A stretch of DNA of 64,000 nucleotides, from assembly GCA_964594665.1 (NCBI GenBank), contig CAZQNY010000001.1:77030-141029 (forward strand). The letters run 5' to 3'. The notes under the pieces are model-generated. The model worked only from the letters and a program-made list of their open reading frames with translations, ran no database searches and was not told the DNA's origin. Below, one piece after another: positions 36,931 to 47,173 of this stretch. Positions within the stretch are counted from its first letter, which is position 1. Each line of letters begins with the position of its first letter. Both the position numbers and the translations under genes were made by a program. Source of the DNA: an uncultured Bacteroidales bacterium (lineage in GTDB: Bacteria > Bacteroidota > Bacteroidia > Bacteroidales > BM520).

Positions 36931-37012
36931 GGGGAGATTCCAGAGCGGTCAAATGGGGCAGACTGTAAATCTGTTGGCTAAGCCTTCGGAGGTTCGAATC
37001 CTCCTCTCCCCA
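36931..37012 (+). tRNA. tRNA-Tyr (anticodon GUA), long variable arm
   Basis: Acceptor stem GGGGAGA/TCTCCCC, anticodon stem GCAGA/TCTGT with loop CTGTAAA, a variable arm of ~13 nt, T arm GGAGG-TTCGAAT-CCTCC. Confidence 0.9.
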
Positions 37013-37020
37013 CAAAAAAA

Positions 37021-37046
37021 AGGTGCGTTTGTCGCACCTTTTTTTA
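37021..37046. terminator. Intrinsic terminator after the tRNA pair; flanking runs make it usable for convergent fabI too
   Basis: aggtgcg-tttgt-cgcacct is followed by T7 and preceded by A7. Confidence 0.75.
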
Positions 37047-37066
37047 TACCCTGAAGTCTCTTTATC

Positions 37067-37900
37067 CTATTCGCATTCTCCCGAAAGGCTTTTGTTATAC
37101 ATATGCATGGCACGCCGGCTCATACCCATACTTGAGAACCCTCCGTCATGATACAGATTTTGCATTGTGATTTTTTTTGTAAGATCAGAGAAGAGAGTGA
37201 TAACATAATCAGCACACTCCCCGGCAGTGGCATTACCTAAAGGCGACATCCTCTCAGTAAAATCCATCAATCCATCAATACCTTTTACACCGCTACCGGC
37301 AGTTGTCATTGTCGGCGACTGGGATACCGTATTTATCCGGATATGCTTTTCACGGCCATAGATATAGCCAAAGCTACGTGCTATGGACTCAAGCATTGCT
37401 TTTGCCTCAGCCATATCGTTATACTCGAAAAGCGTGCGTTGCGCAGCGATATATGATAAAGCCACAATAGACCCCCATTCATTCAGCGCATCTTTTTTCT
37501 TAAGGCTTTGAATAAGTTTATGGAAAGAAACGGCAGAAATATCCAGGGTTTTTTTCAGGTATTCATAATTCAGATCATCATATGGCCGGCGTTTTCTAAC
37601 ATTAGGAGACATGCCAACAGAGTGCAGGACAAAATCAAAACTTCCGCCAAAATGCTCCATTGCCTGCGTTATTAAGGCTTCAAGGTCATCTACATTTGTT
37701 GCGTCAGACGGAATTACAGGGGCATTCACCTTCTTTCCCAACTCGTGAATATCACCCATTCTAATGGCAACAGAAGTATTTGTTAACACCAGTTCAGCAC
37801 CTTCTTCTGCTGCTCTTTCAGCTACCTTCCATGCTATTGATTTATCGTTTAAAGCCCCAAATACGAGACCCTTTTTGCCTTTTAAAAGATTATAACTCAT
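37067..37900 (-). CDS. fabI: Enoyl-[acyl-carrier-protein] reductase (NADH) FabI
   Basis: 277 aa. N-terminus LKGKKGLVFGALNDKSIAWKVAERAAEEGAELVLT, with an SDR-type core. Confidence 0.9.
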   Translation of the reverse strand: MSYNLLKGKKGLVFGALNDKSIAWKVAERAAEEGAELVLTNTSVAIRMGDIHELGKKVNAPVIPSDATNVDDLEALITQAMEHFGGSFDFVLHSVGMSPNVRKRRPYDDLNYEYLKKTLDISAVSFHKLIQSLKKKDALNEWGSIVALSYIAAQRTLFEYNDMAEAKAMLESIARSFGYIYGREKHIRINTVSQSPTMTTAGSGVKGIDGLMDFTERMSPLGNATAGECADYVITLFSDLTKKITMQNLYHDGGFSSMGMSRRAMHMYNKSLSGECE

Positions 37901-37954
37901 AAATATAATTTTTGGTCTTAAGAAAATAACAGTTACGAGAGGTAAATGTTTTTT

Positions 37955-39613
37955 TTAATTGTTTTTAAGCAGCGCTTTGGCATTCTCTACTGCCTGCTCT
38001 GAGATATTGCCATCACTGAGCATTATGGAAAGTTCGTTAATGCGCTCCTCTTTCGAGAGATACTTTATATTACTATACGTTTTGTTATTGGAATTATCCT
38101 TATAAACATGATACTGAGCCTGGCTTTTTGCTGCCAATTGTGGCAAATGTGTAATGGCAATAACCTGCATTGATGAGCCCATATTACCAAGGAGATCAGC
38201 AATTTTTCCTGCTGCAATCCCTGAAACCCCCGATTCTATCTCATCAAAAATGATTGTTGGGAGTGTTTCCTTTTCTGTCAGAACAGCTTTTAATGAAAGC
38301 ATTAAACGTGAGAGCTCTCCACCAGACGCTACTTTTTGAATATCATTCATTTCAACACCTTTGTTCGCAGAAAAAAGAAACCGAACATTATCCCCACCAT
38401 CTCTGCCGGGTTCTTGTGTTGCTTTTATCTCAATACTGAATGTTGCATTATCCAGGTTTACAGCCTTTAAATTTTTCAATACAGCCTTTGTTAACCCGGG
38501 AATGGCTTTTTTTCTTTTTTCAGAAAGCCTGCCCATCACTTCCAACAGTTTTTCATACGAGGATGCAACAGCATTTGTAGCCGCGATTATTTCGGTTGAA
38601 AAGCTATCGATTTTCAATAACTTTTCTTCTGTCGCTACACGAATAGCAAGCAATTCATCAATGCCCGAAGCATTAAACTTTTGCATTAAAGCATAGATAA
38701 CATCCAATTCATTCTGAATATTTTCCAGCCTTTGAGGATCAATAGCAACGTCGTCATTAAGGTTTTCCATTTCATGGCCCAGATCATCACACTCCACAAT
38801 AAGGCTCTCGAGCCGATCTGATATGAACATGAAACTGCTACTAAGTGCTGATATGCCATTTATCTCCTTCTGCATACTTCTGAGCATTGTAATAATGGCA
38901 TTTTCACTATTTAGCAATGTTTCCGAAGCATTATAGAGTACCATTTTTACTGTTTCGCTATTCTCAAGTATTCTCTTTTCCTCTTCAATCTCCTGAAGTT
39001 TAATTTTTTGCAGATCAATACCTGAAAGTTGCTGAAGCGAAAACCGCAAATAATCTTCCTCCCGCCTTGCTCTTATTCCGGCTTCCTGTAATGTTTCAAG
39101 ATCCTGTTTTGCTTGTCTCCATTGGTTCAGGGCGTCATGGTACTGCATGAGTTCATTATTAGTACCGGCATAACGATCCAGTAGGGCAATCTGATAGGAA
39201 TTATCGGCCAAATGAAGAGTGCTGAATTGGGAATGAATATCCATAAGCTTATCGCCCAATATTTTGAGATCTTTTAGCGCAACAGGAGTATCGTTTATAA
39301 AAGCCCGTGATTTTCCAGATGGAGTTATTTCCCTGCGTATAATACTCTGATGGTCATAATCCACATCGAGCTTCCTGAAAAGGTTTTGCAGGTTATAATT
39401 CTTTATTTCGAAAGTGCCTTCAATGATACATTTATTATCTTTAACCTTCAATGCGGCATTTTCAGCTCTGTTTCCTGTTAAAAGACCTATTGCACCTAAA
39501 AGTATGGATTTACCGGCACCTGTTTCGCCGGTAATGGAGATAAACCCATTGGGAAAATCGATGTCAAGATTTTCAATTAACGCATAATTAGAGATATAAA
39601 GATGCGATAACAT
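37955..39613 (-). CDS. recN: DNA repair protein RecN
   Basis: Walker A GETGAGKSILLGAIGLL, a long coiled-coil middle, the SMC signature ASGGELSRLMLSLK, and Walker B TIIFDEIESG. Confidence 0.95.
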   Translation of the reverse strand: MLSHLYISNYALIENLDIDFPNGFISITGETGAGKSILLGAIGLLTGNRAENAALKVKDNKCIIEGTFEIKNYNLQNLFRKLDVDYDHQSIIRREITPSGKSRAFINDTPVALKDLKILGDKLMDIHSQFSTLHLADNSYQIALLDRYAGTNNELMQYHDALNQWRQAKQDLETLQEAGIRARREEDYLRFSLQQLSGIDLQKIKLQEIEEEKRILENSETVKMVLYNASETLLNSENAIITMLRSMQKEINGISALSSSFMFISDRLESLIVECDDLGHEMENLNDDVAIDPQRLENIQNELDVIYALMQKFNASGIDELLAIRVATEEKLLKIDSFSTEIIAATNAVASSYEKLLEVMGRLSEKRKKAIPGLTKAVLKNLKAVNLDNATFSIEIKATQEPGRDGGDNVRFLFSANKGVEMNDIQKVASGGELSRLMLSLKAVLTEKETLPTIIFDEIESGVSGIAAGKIADLLGNMGSSMQVIAITHLPQLAAKSQAQYHVYKDNSNNKTYSNIKYLSKEERINELSIMLSDGNISEQAVENAKALLKNN

Positions 39614-39616
39614 AGC

Positions 39617-40522
39617 CTATGGATTGGTAGTATTTTGTATTTTCTGATATCTGGAAGCATTTGCGGGGTCAATTTCATTCATAATCTGAATTACTTTCGA
39701 CTTCTCATTAGGCATTCCTTCAGTATAGAGGTTAATTATTTCATCACGTTTGGCATCCAGGATTAGTTGAAGAGCAAAAAGGCCGGGTTTTTGGCGCGAT
39801 GCTTTACGCAGATCTTCCAGTGCCTGAGTAGTAAAAGATCGCCCGAGCTGCACATTATCAGCCATGGCATCAAGGCCTTTACGGTGGTATTTGTATAAAA
39901 AGCTACGAATGCCATCATAACTGCTATTCATAAGGTTTTCGATGAGCCAGAAGCGATTTTTCATACTTTCATAAGAGCTCCATCCGGGATACGGAGACCC
40001 CTGAGCACTATTGACAATGGATTGAGCTTTCTCGTAAAAAGGAGTTCCTGCATGAAACTGAAAAGTATCGAAATCCATTCCAAGGTACACATAAAGATAG
40101 AATGCAATTACAGCTGTAAGGTTGTTGTCGAAGCTGTTATCAGTAAAAATGAGGGGCTCTGATTCAATATATTCAAACCGAAGGCTTTTATCCTGATAAT
40201 TCAAAATCGGAGTGTTATATGAGGAGTTAAATACCGGGCGCCGCAAGGCAATATTCATCTGCCCTTCATACTCTTCACTTGAGATACGCTTTGTAAGATT
40301 TATCTGAATAGAACACTCAATTTTTTCTTCTTCGCTAAATTCGAAGTTTGTCCATTTACGATCATTAACAAACTCATAAAGTGCTTTTTGCATATCCTGA
40401 AACACTCTTCTGTCGGTACCTTCAAGCTTGGAAGAGCTCACGCTGACAGTACATTTAAATTCCTGTGCAGCAATAGTTAATGACAACAATGAAGTAATCA
40501 GTATGAGGATGTATTTGTACAT
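39617..40522 (-). CDS. DUF4835-family protein (reported as T9SS-associated in newer annotations, which I cannot verify here)
   Basis: It has a signal peptide followed by FKCTVSVSSSKLEGTDRRVFQDMQKALYEFVNDRKWTN, the hallmark N-terminus of DUF4835. It occupies the conserved position between coaBC and recN. Confidence 0.75.
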   Translation of the reverse strand: MYKYILILITSLLSLTIAAQEFKCTVSVSSSKLEGTDRRVFQDMQKALYEFVNDRKWTNFEFSEEEKIECSIQINLTKRISSEEYEGQMNIALRRPVFNSSYNTPILNYQDKSLRFEYIESEPLIFTDNSFDNNLTAVIAFYLYVYLGMDFDTFQFHAGTPFYEKAQSIVNSAQGSPYPGWSSYESMKNRFWLIENLMNSSYDGIRSFLYKYHRKGLDAMADNVQLGRSFTTQALEDLRKASRQKPGLFALQLILDAKRDEIINLYTEGMPNEKSKVIQIMNEIDPANASRYQKIQNTTNP

Positions 40523-40559
40523 ATTCCAATTATTTACAAATCTATAAGTGTAAAAAGCA

Positions 40560-41756
40560 TTACATTAATGCTTTAATATGGTCTGCAATATCTTCAGCAA
40601 CGAGCGACTTATCTTTCAACGCATATGCTTTGCTATTGCCATCACGATCTAAAATAGTAACCTTATTTGTTTCAGTATTAAAACCGGCACCATCGTCTTT
40701 TAATGAGTTTAGAACGATGAAATCAAGGTTCTTATTTTGCAATTTTGCCAACGCATTATTTTTTTCGCTATCAGTTTCCAGTGCAAAGCCTGCAAGGATC
40801 TGATTTTTATTTTTTCGTTTCCCCAGTTCAGCAAGGATGTCAGGATTTCTTCTCAGACGAATAGAAGTAAAATCTTCTGATTTTTTAATTTTCAGTTTTG
40901 CCGGATTTTCGGGAGTATAATCAGCAACAGCGGCAGCCATAACAACAATATCGCAGGCTCTGGCAATATCATAACAAACCGAAGCCATTTGCTCTGCGGT
41001 ATGCACATCAATACGATCAGCGATACGACAAGGAGTATCGAGGAATGTCGGTCCGGTAACAAGATATACCTCTGCGCCTCTACGGGCAAGGGTTTCGGCA
41101 ACACTAAATCCCATTTTTCCGGACGAATAATTACCTATAAAACGCACCGGATCGATAGGTTCATAGGTTGGTCCTGCGGTAACAAGGACTTTTTTTCCGG
41201 CAAAATCTTTTTCATCCGCAAAATAATCGGAGAGGATTTGAATGATCTGATCGGGTTCTTCCATTCTTCCGGCACCTGAAAGGCCACTGGCAAGTTCACC
41301 TTCCTGAGGGCTAATAAGCAGATTGCCATAGCCCAGAAGGGTATTTATGTTGGTTTGGACGGAAGGGTGACGGAACATGTCAAGATCCATTGCCGGAGCA
41401 AAGAATACAGGGCATTTAGCCGCAAGATAGCAGGTTGTAACAAAGTTATCAGCAATTCCGGCAGCCATTTTCGATAACGTATTTGCCGATGCCGGAGCAA
41501 CAATCATTACGTCAGCCCAGCGCCCCAGTTCAACGTGATTTGACCACTCCCCTGTTTCAGGATCAAAAGGTTCGATAATTACCGGACGCTTTGATAATGT
41601 TGAGAGTGTTAACGGGGTAATAAAATCCTTTGCCGAGGGAGTCATTACTACTTGTACCTCGGCACCTTCTTTAACAAGAAGTCGGACAAAAAAGGCGGTT
41701 TTATAGGCTGCAATGCTGCCTGTTACCGCCAATAATACATTCTTACCTTTGAGCAT
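40560..41756 (-). CDS. coaBC: Bifunctional phosphopantothenoylcysteine decarboxylase / phosphopantothenate-cysteine ligase
   Basis: GKNVLLAVTGSIAAYK marks the flavoprotein domain. GPTYEPIDPVRFIGNYSSGKMG marks the ligase domain. Confidence 0.95.
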   Translation of the reverse strand: MLKGKNVLLAVTGSIAAYKTAFFVRLLVKEGAEVQVVMTPSAKDFITPLTLSTLSKRPVIIEPFDPETGEWSNHVELGRWADVMIVAPASANTLSKMAAGIADNFVTTCYLAAKCPVFFAPAMDLDMFRHPSVQTNINTLLGYGNLLISPQEGELASGLSGAGRMEEPDQIIQILSDYFADEKDFAGKKVLVTAGPTYEPIDPVRFIGNYSSGKMGFSVAETLARRGAEVYLVTGPTFLDTPCRIADRIDVHTAEQMASVCYDIARACDIVVMAAAVADYTPENPAKLKIKKSEDFTSIRLRRNPDILAELGKRKNKNQILAGFALETDSEKNNALAKLQNKNLDFIVLNSLKDDGAGFNTETNKVTILDRDGNSKAYALKDKSLVAEDIADHIKALM

Positions 41757-41762
41757 CTTATA

Positions 41763-42101
41763 TTATGCTTTCTTTTCAACAATTTCTTTATGAGGATTTC
41801 TGAAATAAATTTTGTCCTCAAGGAATTCATGAATAGCTATAAGGGTAGGCTTTGGAAGTTGTTCATAAAATTTGGCGATTTCAATTTGTTCCCTGTTTTC
41901 AAACACCTCTTCCAGGTTGTCTGCCGGTGTAGCGAACTCCTCAATTTTCTGATCCAACTCCTTTTTTATATCAAGGCCAATCTGGTTTGCTCGTTTTGCC
42001 AGAATAGCAACTGACTCATAAATATTGTCAGTTTCTTTGTCGAAGTCTCTCATTTGGCGTGTAATAGCCTCGGGATCAGTTTTTACTTTTTTATAATCCA
42101 T
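41763..42101 (-). CDS. rpoZ: DNA-directed RNA polymerase subunit omega (Bacteroidota long form)
   Basis: 112 aa. It has the core NIYESVAILAKRANQI and the conserved position between bamD and coaBC. Confidence 0.7.
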   Translation of the reverse strand: MDYKKVKTDPEAITRQMRDFDKETDNIYESVAILAKRANQIGLDIKKELDQKIEEFATPADNLEEVFENREQIEIAKFYEQLPKPTLIAIHEFLEDKIYFRNPHKEIVEKKA

Positions 42102-42124
42102 ACCTGTATCTTAAAAATAAACGT

Positions 42125-42916
42125 TTATTCTACCACTGAACGAGACGCAGAAACAATTTGTTCAATACGTCCTGTATATTTACTTTCTGGAAATGCATCA
42201 ATAAATGTATTGGTTGCTTCCAATGTATTCTGATACCTTTCCTTTTGTTTTTCCGCAACACTATTTTTTGCAAATTCATAATTTGCAATTACGATATAAA
42301 AGAGTACATCTTCACGGTACTTTGTTGAAGGATAATCCTTTATAACATTATCTAAGGCCGTAAGGGCAGCTTTATATTCTTCCATTTTCAAATAAAGCTG
42401 TGCGATCTCAAAGTCTTTTTTCTCAAGCTTCGCTCTTAATTCATCAATAAGCGTATTGCATTCTTCAATGCGATTGCTTTCGGGGTAAAGATTAATGAAA
42501 AGCTGAAGTTCAGTGATTGCTTCATAAGTATTCGTTTGATCCAGACTGGATTTCGGCGATTCGAGGTACTTGCAATAGGCACCCATAAAGGCACACTCTT
42601 CAGCATATTCACTACGGGGGAATTCTTTGGCAAACCTTTTGAAATAGTAGCTTGCCATGATATTTTCGTTTAAATTATAATAACAATATGCATTATAATA
42701 AGCCAGCATTTCAGCATTTTCAGTGCCACGAATCAATGGTGCCACATGGTCGAAAAGCTGCAATGCCCGTGTATAATCCTCTTTTTCATAACGACTTACG
42801 CCCTCCTGATAGATAGCTTCATAATCGTTAGTTTTCAAAAGCTTGTTAACCCCATTGCACGAGGTAACAACAATAATCATTGTAATGATAATACCAATGA
42901 TGCTCTTATTTTTCAT
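42125..42916 (-). CDS. bamD: Outer membrane protein assembly factor BamD
   Basis: Lipoprotein signal (IIVVTSCNG). TPR-like repeats with YEKEDYTRALQLFD and AQLYLKMEEYKAALTALDNVIKDYPSTKYREDVLF. Confidence 0.85.
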   Translation of the reverse strand: MKNKSIIGIIITMIIVVTSCNGVNKLLKTNDYEAIYQEGVSRYEKEDYTRALQLFDHVAPLIRGTENAEMLAYYNAYCYYNLNENIMASYYFKRFAKEFPRSEYAEECAFMGAYCKYLESPKSSLDQTNTYEAITELQLFINLYPESNRIEECNTLIDELRAKLEKKDFEIAQLYLKMEEYKAALTALDNVIKDYPSTKYREDVLFYIVIANYEFAKNSVAEKQKERYQNTLEATNTFIDAFPESKYTGRIEQIVSASRSVVE

Positions 42917-42977
42917 GGGCGCAAAAATACATTTTTAAATTGAATAAAAAAACGACAACAGATGAATAAATATTACA

Positions 42978-44147
42978 TTAACAGCAGGTTAAATGTACTC
43001 CTTCAGAAGGTGTCACAGGATAAAACTCAGGCGTAAAACCTGTTTTTTTTGTGTATGCAGCACATACTTCATCTATACACTGGTTTTGAATATTGTTTTT
43101 CACAAGGCATATGCAGCAGCCCCCAAAACCGGCACCTGTCATACGAGCCCCAAGAACAACAGGCAGATCCTGAAGAATCTCCACCATTGTATCTAATTCA
43201 AAACCAGTGACTTCATAATCATTTTTCAATGACAAGTGTGATTCATTCATTAATTGTCCAAGGGATATCAGGTCACCGTCCATCAAGGCTTTTTCAGCTT
43301 TTAAAACACGGTGTTTTTCAGATACCACATGCCTGAGGCGTTGTTGTAATACAGAATCGTCTGATAATAAATTTTCAGCAGCTGCAAGATCATGAATGTT
43401 CAGATCACATAAATTATCGATATAGATTATTTCCCGGATTCTGGATAATGCATTTTGACACTGCTGATAGCGTTCATTATATTTTGATTCTGCCAGGCCA
43501 CGTTTTTTACCTGTATTCACAACAAGGAATCCGTAACCATCAATTTGAGCTTTAACAAAACGGTGTCTTGGCTTGTCACACTCCAAAAAAAGCATGTGCC
43601 CGACTTCACCAAAAGAAACAGCATATTGATCCATAATGCCACATGAAACACCTACAAATTCATTTTCTGCTTTTTGAGCAAGAATAACAATATCAATTAA
43701 TTCCAGGCTCAGGTTAAAGTATTCATTTAAGGCAAAAAGTGTTGCAACTTCTATACTGGCTGATGAAGACATTCCGGCTCCTGCCGGGATATTTCCGGAA
43801 AAAAGGAAATCCATTCCAATAGATGGCAAGGAGGTCTTTTCATTGAGTTGTTGGATCGCACCCAGGGGGTAATTAATCCATAAATCAGCCTTTTTGGTGT
43901 ATTTTTCCGAAAGGGGTATCTGATGAACCTTATCAGGGAAATTAAGGGAAAAAAAGCGCAACATACCTTTATTGTTGGGTCGCAGTAAAAGATGTGTTCC
44001 CATTTCAACGGGAAAAGGCATCACAGGACCACCATTATAATCAATATGCTCACCAATAAGATTTATTCTCCCGGGGGCAAAACAGGAAGTAATTTTCTCG
44101 TTGGAAGACCCAAAGCACTGTACAAAATGTGAGGTTAAATTATGCAT
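42978..44147 (-). CDS. galK: Galactokinase
   Basis: APGRINLIGEHIDYNGG is the galactokinase signature. PAGAGMSSSASIEVA is the GHMP kinase motif. Confidence 0.93.
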   Translation of the reverse strand: MHNLTSHFVQCFGSSNEKITSCFAPGRINLIGEHIDYNGGPVMPFPVEMGTHLLLRPNNKGMLRFFSLNFPDKVHQIPLSEKYTKKADLWINYPLGAIQQLNEKTSLPSIGMDFLFSGNIPAGAGMSSSASIEVATLFALNEYFNLSLELIDIVILAQKAENEFVGVSCGIMDQYAVSFGEVGHMLFLECDKPRHRFVKAQIDGYGFLVVNTGKKRGLAESKYNERYQQCQNALSRIREIIYIDNLCDLNIHDLAAAENLLSDDSVLQQRLRHVVSEKHRVLKAEKALMDGDLISLGQLMNESHLSLKNDYEVTGFELDTMVEILQDLPVVLGARMTGAGFGGCCICLVKNNIQNQCIDEVCAAYTKKTGFTPEFYPVTPSEGVHLTCC

Positions 44148-44184
44148 AAAAAAACTGTAATACCCGCAATAGAACGGGTATTAC
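44148..44184 (-). terminator. Intrinsic terminator of the upstream FKBP gene
   Basis: gtaatacccg-caatagaa-cgggtattac forms a perfect 10-bp stem. On the minus strand it is followed by T7. Confidence 0.75.
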
Positions 44185-44197
44185 TTTATAAATATTA

Positions 44198-45508
44198 TTA
44201 ATCTACGATTTCAATAAGCTCTACGTCAAAAATAAGCGCCATGTTAGGTTCAATAATTCCACCGGGGCGCGGGCTTTCACCATATGCCAGTTCGGAAGGA
44301 ATAAAGAGCTTCCACTTATCTCCTGTTTTCATTAATTGTAATGCTTCCGTCCAGCCTTTAATTACGCCATTAACGGCGAATTCTGAGGGTTTCCCTCTCT
44401 CGTAAGAGCTGTCAAAAGTTCTTCCATCGATAAGAGTGCCATGGTAATGCACACGAACACGACTTGATGCAGAGGGGGAATCACCATCACCAGATTGAAG
44501 CACCTTATACTGCAGGCCACTGGGTAAAACAACAACACCATCAGCGTTAGCATTATTGGCTAAAAAGGTTTCGCTTTGTTTTTTATTCAGCGCCATTTGG
44601 CGGATTTTTTCTTTCTTTACATCGTCCTGTGATTTGATATCAAGTATTTCAACATCATAGAGCAAAGTAGAATAGGGTTCAATAAGACCCTGGCGGCCAA
44701 ATTCACCAAAAGCGAGTGATGAAGGAACAATTAAATGAGCCACCTGACCTTTACGCATCTGCGAAATACCTTCCACAAGGCCCTTGGTATCAAAACGGCG
44801 ACCAAATTCAAATTGTACAGGGCGATTTTCCTGCCAGCTGTCGAAGAGCACCGTGCCATCCATAAGCATTACCTTGAAATTAATCTCAACGACATCCCCA
44901 TTTACAGGTGTTTTTCCTTTCCCGTCACGAATATTAATGAAATAGAGTCCTGATTCGGTTGGTTTCGCAGTGATTTCATTTTGCTCAATATACTCTGCCA
45001 TAACAATTGGTTCGTCAGCTTTTCTTTTATCAACACGCTCACGGAGTTCGGTTGAATGTTCTTCTTCTGACATCACTTTTGTAAGCTTAACATCAAAAAC
45101 CATATTGGTATTCTCCTTAACAAATGCAGGAGCCGGTTCACCGGGCTGGCCGGCCAGTTTGGTAAAGAAATTCACCGCATCAATAAGAAATGAAGCGCTG
45201 TCGCCTTCCGACATCATGGCAACGGCAGCATAGATATCCCCATCAAAAGTGGGTTCTTCCAGTTTCATTTCAAAGTCTCTTTTGGAGCCACGAGTGTCAA
45301 ACAGAATACTATCTTCATAGGAATAAACCATTTGAACCCTGACATAATCACCGAGGTTTGCTGCTTTATCACTGCCTGACTGGCTGTAATACTTATAAAC
45401 TACACCTGTATCAGACAATTCATACCCTTTGGGATATTTTGAATTACAGGAAGTCATAGAGAGCATAACCATTGCTGCTCCCATAATAATCATTAATTTG
45501 TTTCTCAT
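44198..45508 (-). CDS. Multi-domain FKBP-type peptidyl-prolyl cis-trans isomerase lipoprotein
   Basis: The internal ATG gives MRNKLMIIMGAAMVMLSMTSC. There are several FKBP modules, the last being GLQYKVLQSGDGDSP..VRVHYHGTLIDGRTFDSSYERGKPSEFAVNGVIKGWTEALQLM. Confidence 0.85.
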   Translation of the reverse strand: MRNKLMIIMGAAMVMLSMTSCNSKYPKGYELSDTGVVYKYYSQSGSDKAANLGDYVRVQMVYSYEDSILFDTRGSKRDFEMKLEEPTFDGDIYAAVAMMSEGDSASFLIDAVNFFTKLAGQPGEPAPAFVKENTNMVFDVKLTKVMSEEEHSTELRERVDKRKADEPIVMAEYIEQNEITAKPTESGLYFINIRDGKGKTPVNGDVVEINFKVMLMDGTVLFDSWQENRPVQFEFGRRFDTKGLVEGISQMRKGQVAHLIVPSSLAFGEFGRQGLIEPYSTLLYDVEILDIKSQDDVKKEKIRQMALNKKQSETFLANNANADGVVVLPSGLQYKVLQSGDGDSPSASSRVRVHYHGTLIDGRTFDSSYERGKPSEFAVNGVIKGWTEALQLMKTGDKWKLFIPSELAYGESPRPGGIIEPNMALIFDVELIEIVD

Positions 45509-45518
45509 TTTAAAGTTT

Positions 45519-46061
45519 CTATAGTTTTTCAACATTGATTAGTTCTATATAATAAATCATGGTTGCTTTTGGCGGAATTTTATTTCCGTCGCCGGCCAGG
45601 CCATGCCCCAGAAAAGAAGGAATAATTATTCTGGCTTTATCGTTATTTTTAAGCAACAAAACAGCTTCTTCCAATCCGGCCACAACCTCACCTTTCCCGG
45701 TAATAAAAGTCTTAACTCCATCCTCTTTCCAATGATATACCGTTGTTCCATTTATGAGTTTTACAGTATACTGCATTGAAACCCTGCAATTTTTTGTTAC
45801 AGCGACGCCACCCGGGCTGTCATAAACCTCGTACCGGAGACCGGTGCCGGTAGTAGTCATACTCCAACCGTAGCGGGCTACGAGGTCATCAATTTGCTGA
45901 ACTTCAGAAGCCACAACCTTTTTATTTGCATCAATAAGCTGCTCGTCCAGCTGTTGTTTGTTAATGATCACCGGACTACGTTCTTTTACCCGGTTCTCCG
46001 TACAGGCAGTAACCATGAGCACAGGCAATAAAAATAACATTATACTACGAAAAAGTGACAT
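45519..46061 (-). CDS. FKBP-type peptidyl-prolyl cis-trans isomerase lipoprotein
   Basis: The likely start gives MSLFRSIMLFLLPVLMVTAC. If correct, this overlaps the nrnA 3' end by 17 nt; an alternative ATG at 46040 avoids the overlap. FKBP core: GLRYEVYDSPGG...GKGEVVAGLEEAVLLLK. Confidence 0.8.
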   Translation of the reverse strand: MSLFRSIMLFLLPVLMVTACTENRVKERSPVIINKQQLDEQLIDANKKVVASEVQQIDDLVARYGWSMTTTGTGLRYEVYDSPGGVAVTKNCRVSMQYTVKLINGTTVYHWKEDGVKTFITGKGEVVAGLEEAVLLLKNNDKARIIIPSFLGHGLAGDGNKIPPKATMIYYIELINVEKL

Positions 46062-47118
46062 CTTTATTAAGTTCTTCAGAATACAATGGTAAAAGATCTT
46101 CAAACATGCGTATGGTATCGCCCAGTTCCATTTTTGATTCAGCACCGGCAGCATTCTTATGGCCACCACCGGTAAAATGATTGCGAGCAAAATCATTTAC
46201 GGAGAAGTTACCTTTTGACCGCAATGAAATTTTTATATGCCCTACCCTTTCAGTAAAAAGTACACCCAGGTTAATGCCTTTAATGGAGAGCGTATAATTT
46301 ACCAGCCCTTCGGTGTCACCAACCCGGAAATGAAATCGCTTAAGATCCTGTTGTGTTAAATAAATATAAGCTGTTTTATGTTCTTTCAGTACTACCATTC
46401 GTTTCAGCAGGCTATACCCTAACAGGCGTGTTCTGCTTTCGGAGGAAGTACTGTAAACAAGTGTATGGATTAACTCCGGATCAGCACCAGCCCTGACAAG
46501 GTCACCGATTTTGGGGTATAAATCAGGGTTATTGGATGAAAAGTTAAATGAGCCTGTATCGGTCATAATACCAACATAAATTCCGGAAGCAATATCTTTA
46601 GTGAGGCATTTTTTATCAGGATTAAGAGCCAAAATAATATCAAAAACTATTTCTGATGCGGAGGATGCTTCATGGGTTGAGAAATAAAGGGTAAAACCAT
46701 CCTCAGGTTCCAGATGATGATCAATTAGTACTATTGGACCGGAGTACTTATCCAGTTCTTCAGCGAAATTACCTGCACGGTGGCGGGCATTAAAATCAAG
46801 GCATATGGCCAGGTCTGCCTGATGCAAGGCCTGTGTGGCCTCATCCCTTTTTTTCTCAGCATTTACCATTTCACCAGATCCGGGAATCCAGCGTAAAAAA
46901 GCCGGAAATGCATTGGGGGTAATCATCGTGACTGATTTACCCTGTTGTTTCAAAAACAATCCTAAAGCTGCTGTAGATCCAATGGCATCACCATCAGGAT
47001 TTAAATGGGTTATTAAAACAATGTTTTTGCTTTCCGAAAGCAGGTTTCGGAATATATCAATTTTCTTTGTATCTTTCATGCTTAAACTATCGAATGCGTC
47101 TGTATCTGCAATCAACAA
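46045..47118 (-). CDS. nrnA: DHH-family bifunctional oligoribonuclease / pAp phosphatase NrnA
   Basis: HLNPDGDAIGS, LIDHH, TDTGSF and GGGHKNAAG motifs are present. Confidence 0.85.
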   Translation of the reverse strand: MLIADTDAFDSLSMKDTKKIDIFRNLLSESKNIVLITHLNPDGDAIGSTAALGLFLKQQGKSVTMITPNAFPAFLRWIPGSGEMVNAEKKRDEATQALHQADLAICLDFNARHRAGNFAEELDKYSGPIVLIDHHLEPEDGFTLYFSTHEASSASEIVFDIILALNPDKKCLTKDIASGIYVGIMTDTGSFNFSSNNPDLYPKIGDLVRAGADPELIHTLVYSTSSESRTRLLGYSLLKRMVVLKEHKTAYIYLTQQDLKRFHFRVGDTEGLVNYTLSIKGINLGVLFTERVGHIKISLRSKGNFSVNDFARNHFTGGGHKNAAGAESKMELGDTIRMFEDLLPLYSEELNKDVTFS

Positions 47119-47173
47119 ATGTAAGAAAAAGCTGTTATCCTATTTATTAATATTTCATAAAAAAACCATAATT

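Noticed and set aside
46835-47173. N-terminal 113 codons of the 250-aa ORF that contains ndk
   Set aside because: This part is antisense to the nrnA coding sequence and has no Ndk similarity. Ndk begins at the internal ATG at 47174, which gives a normal 137-aa protein.
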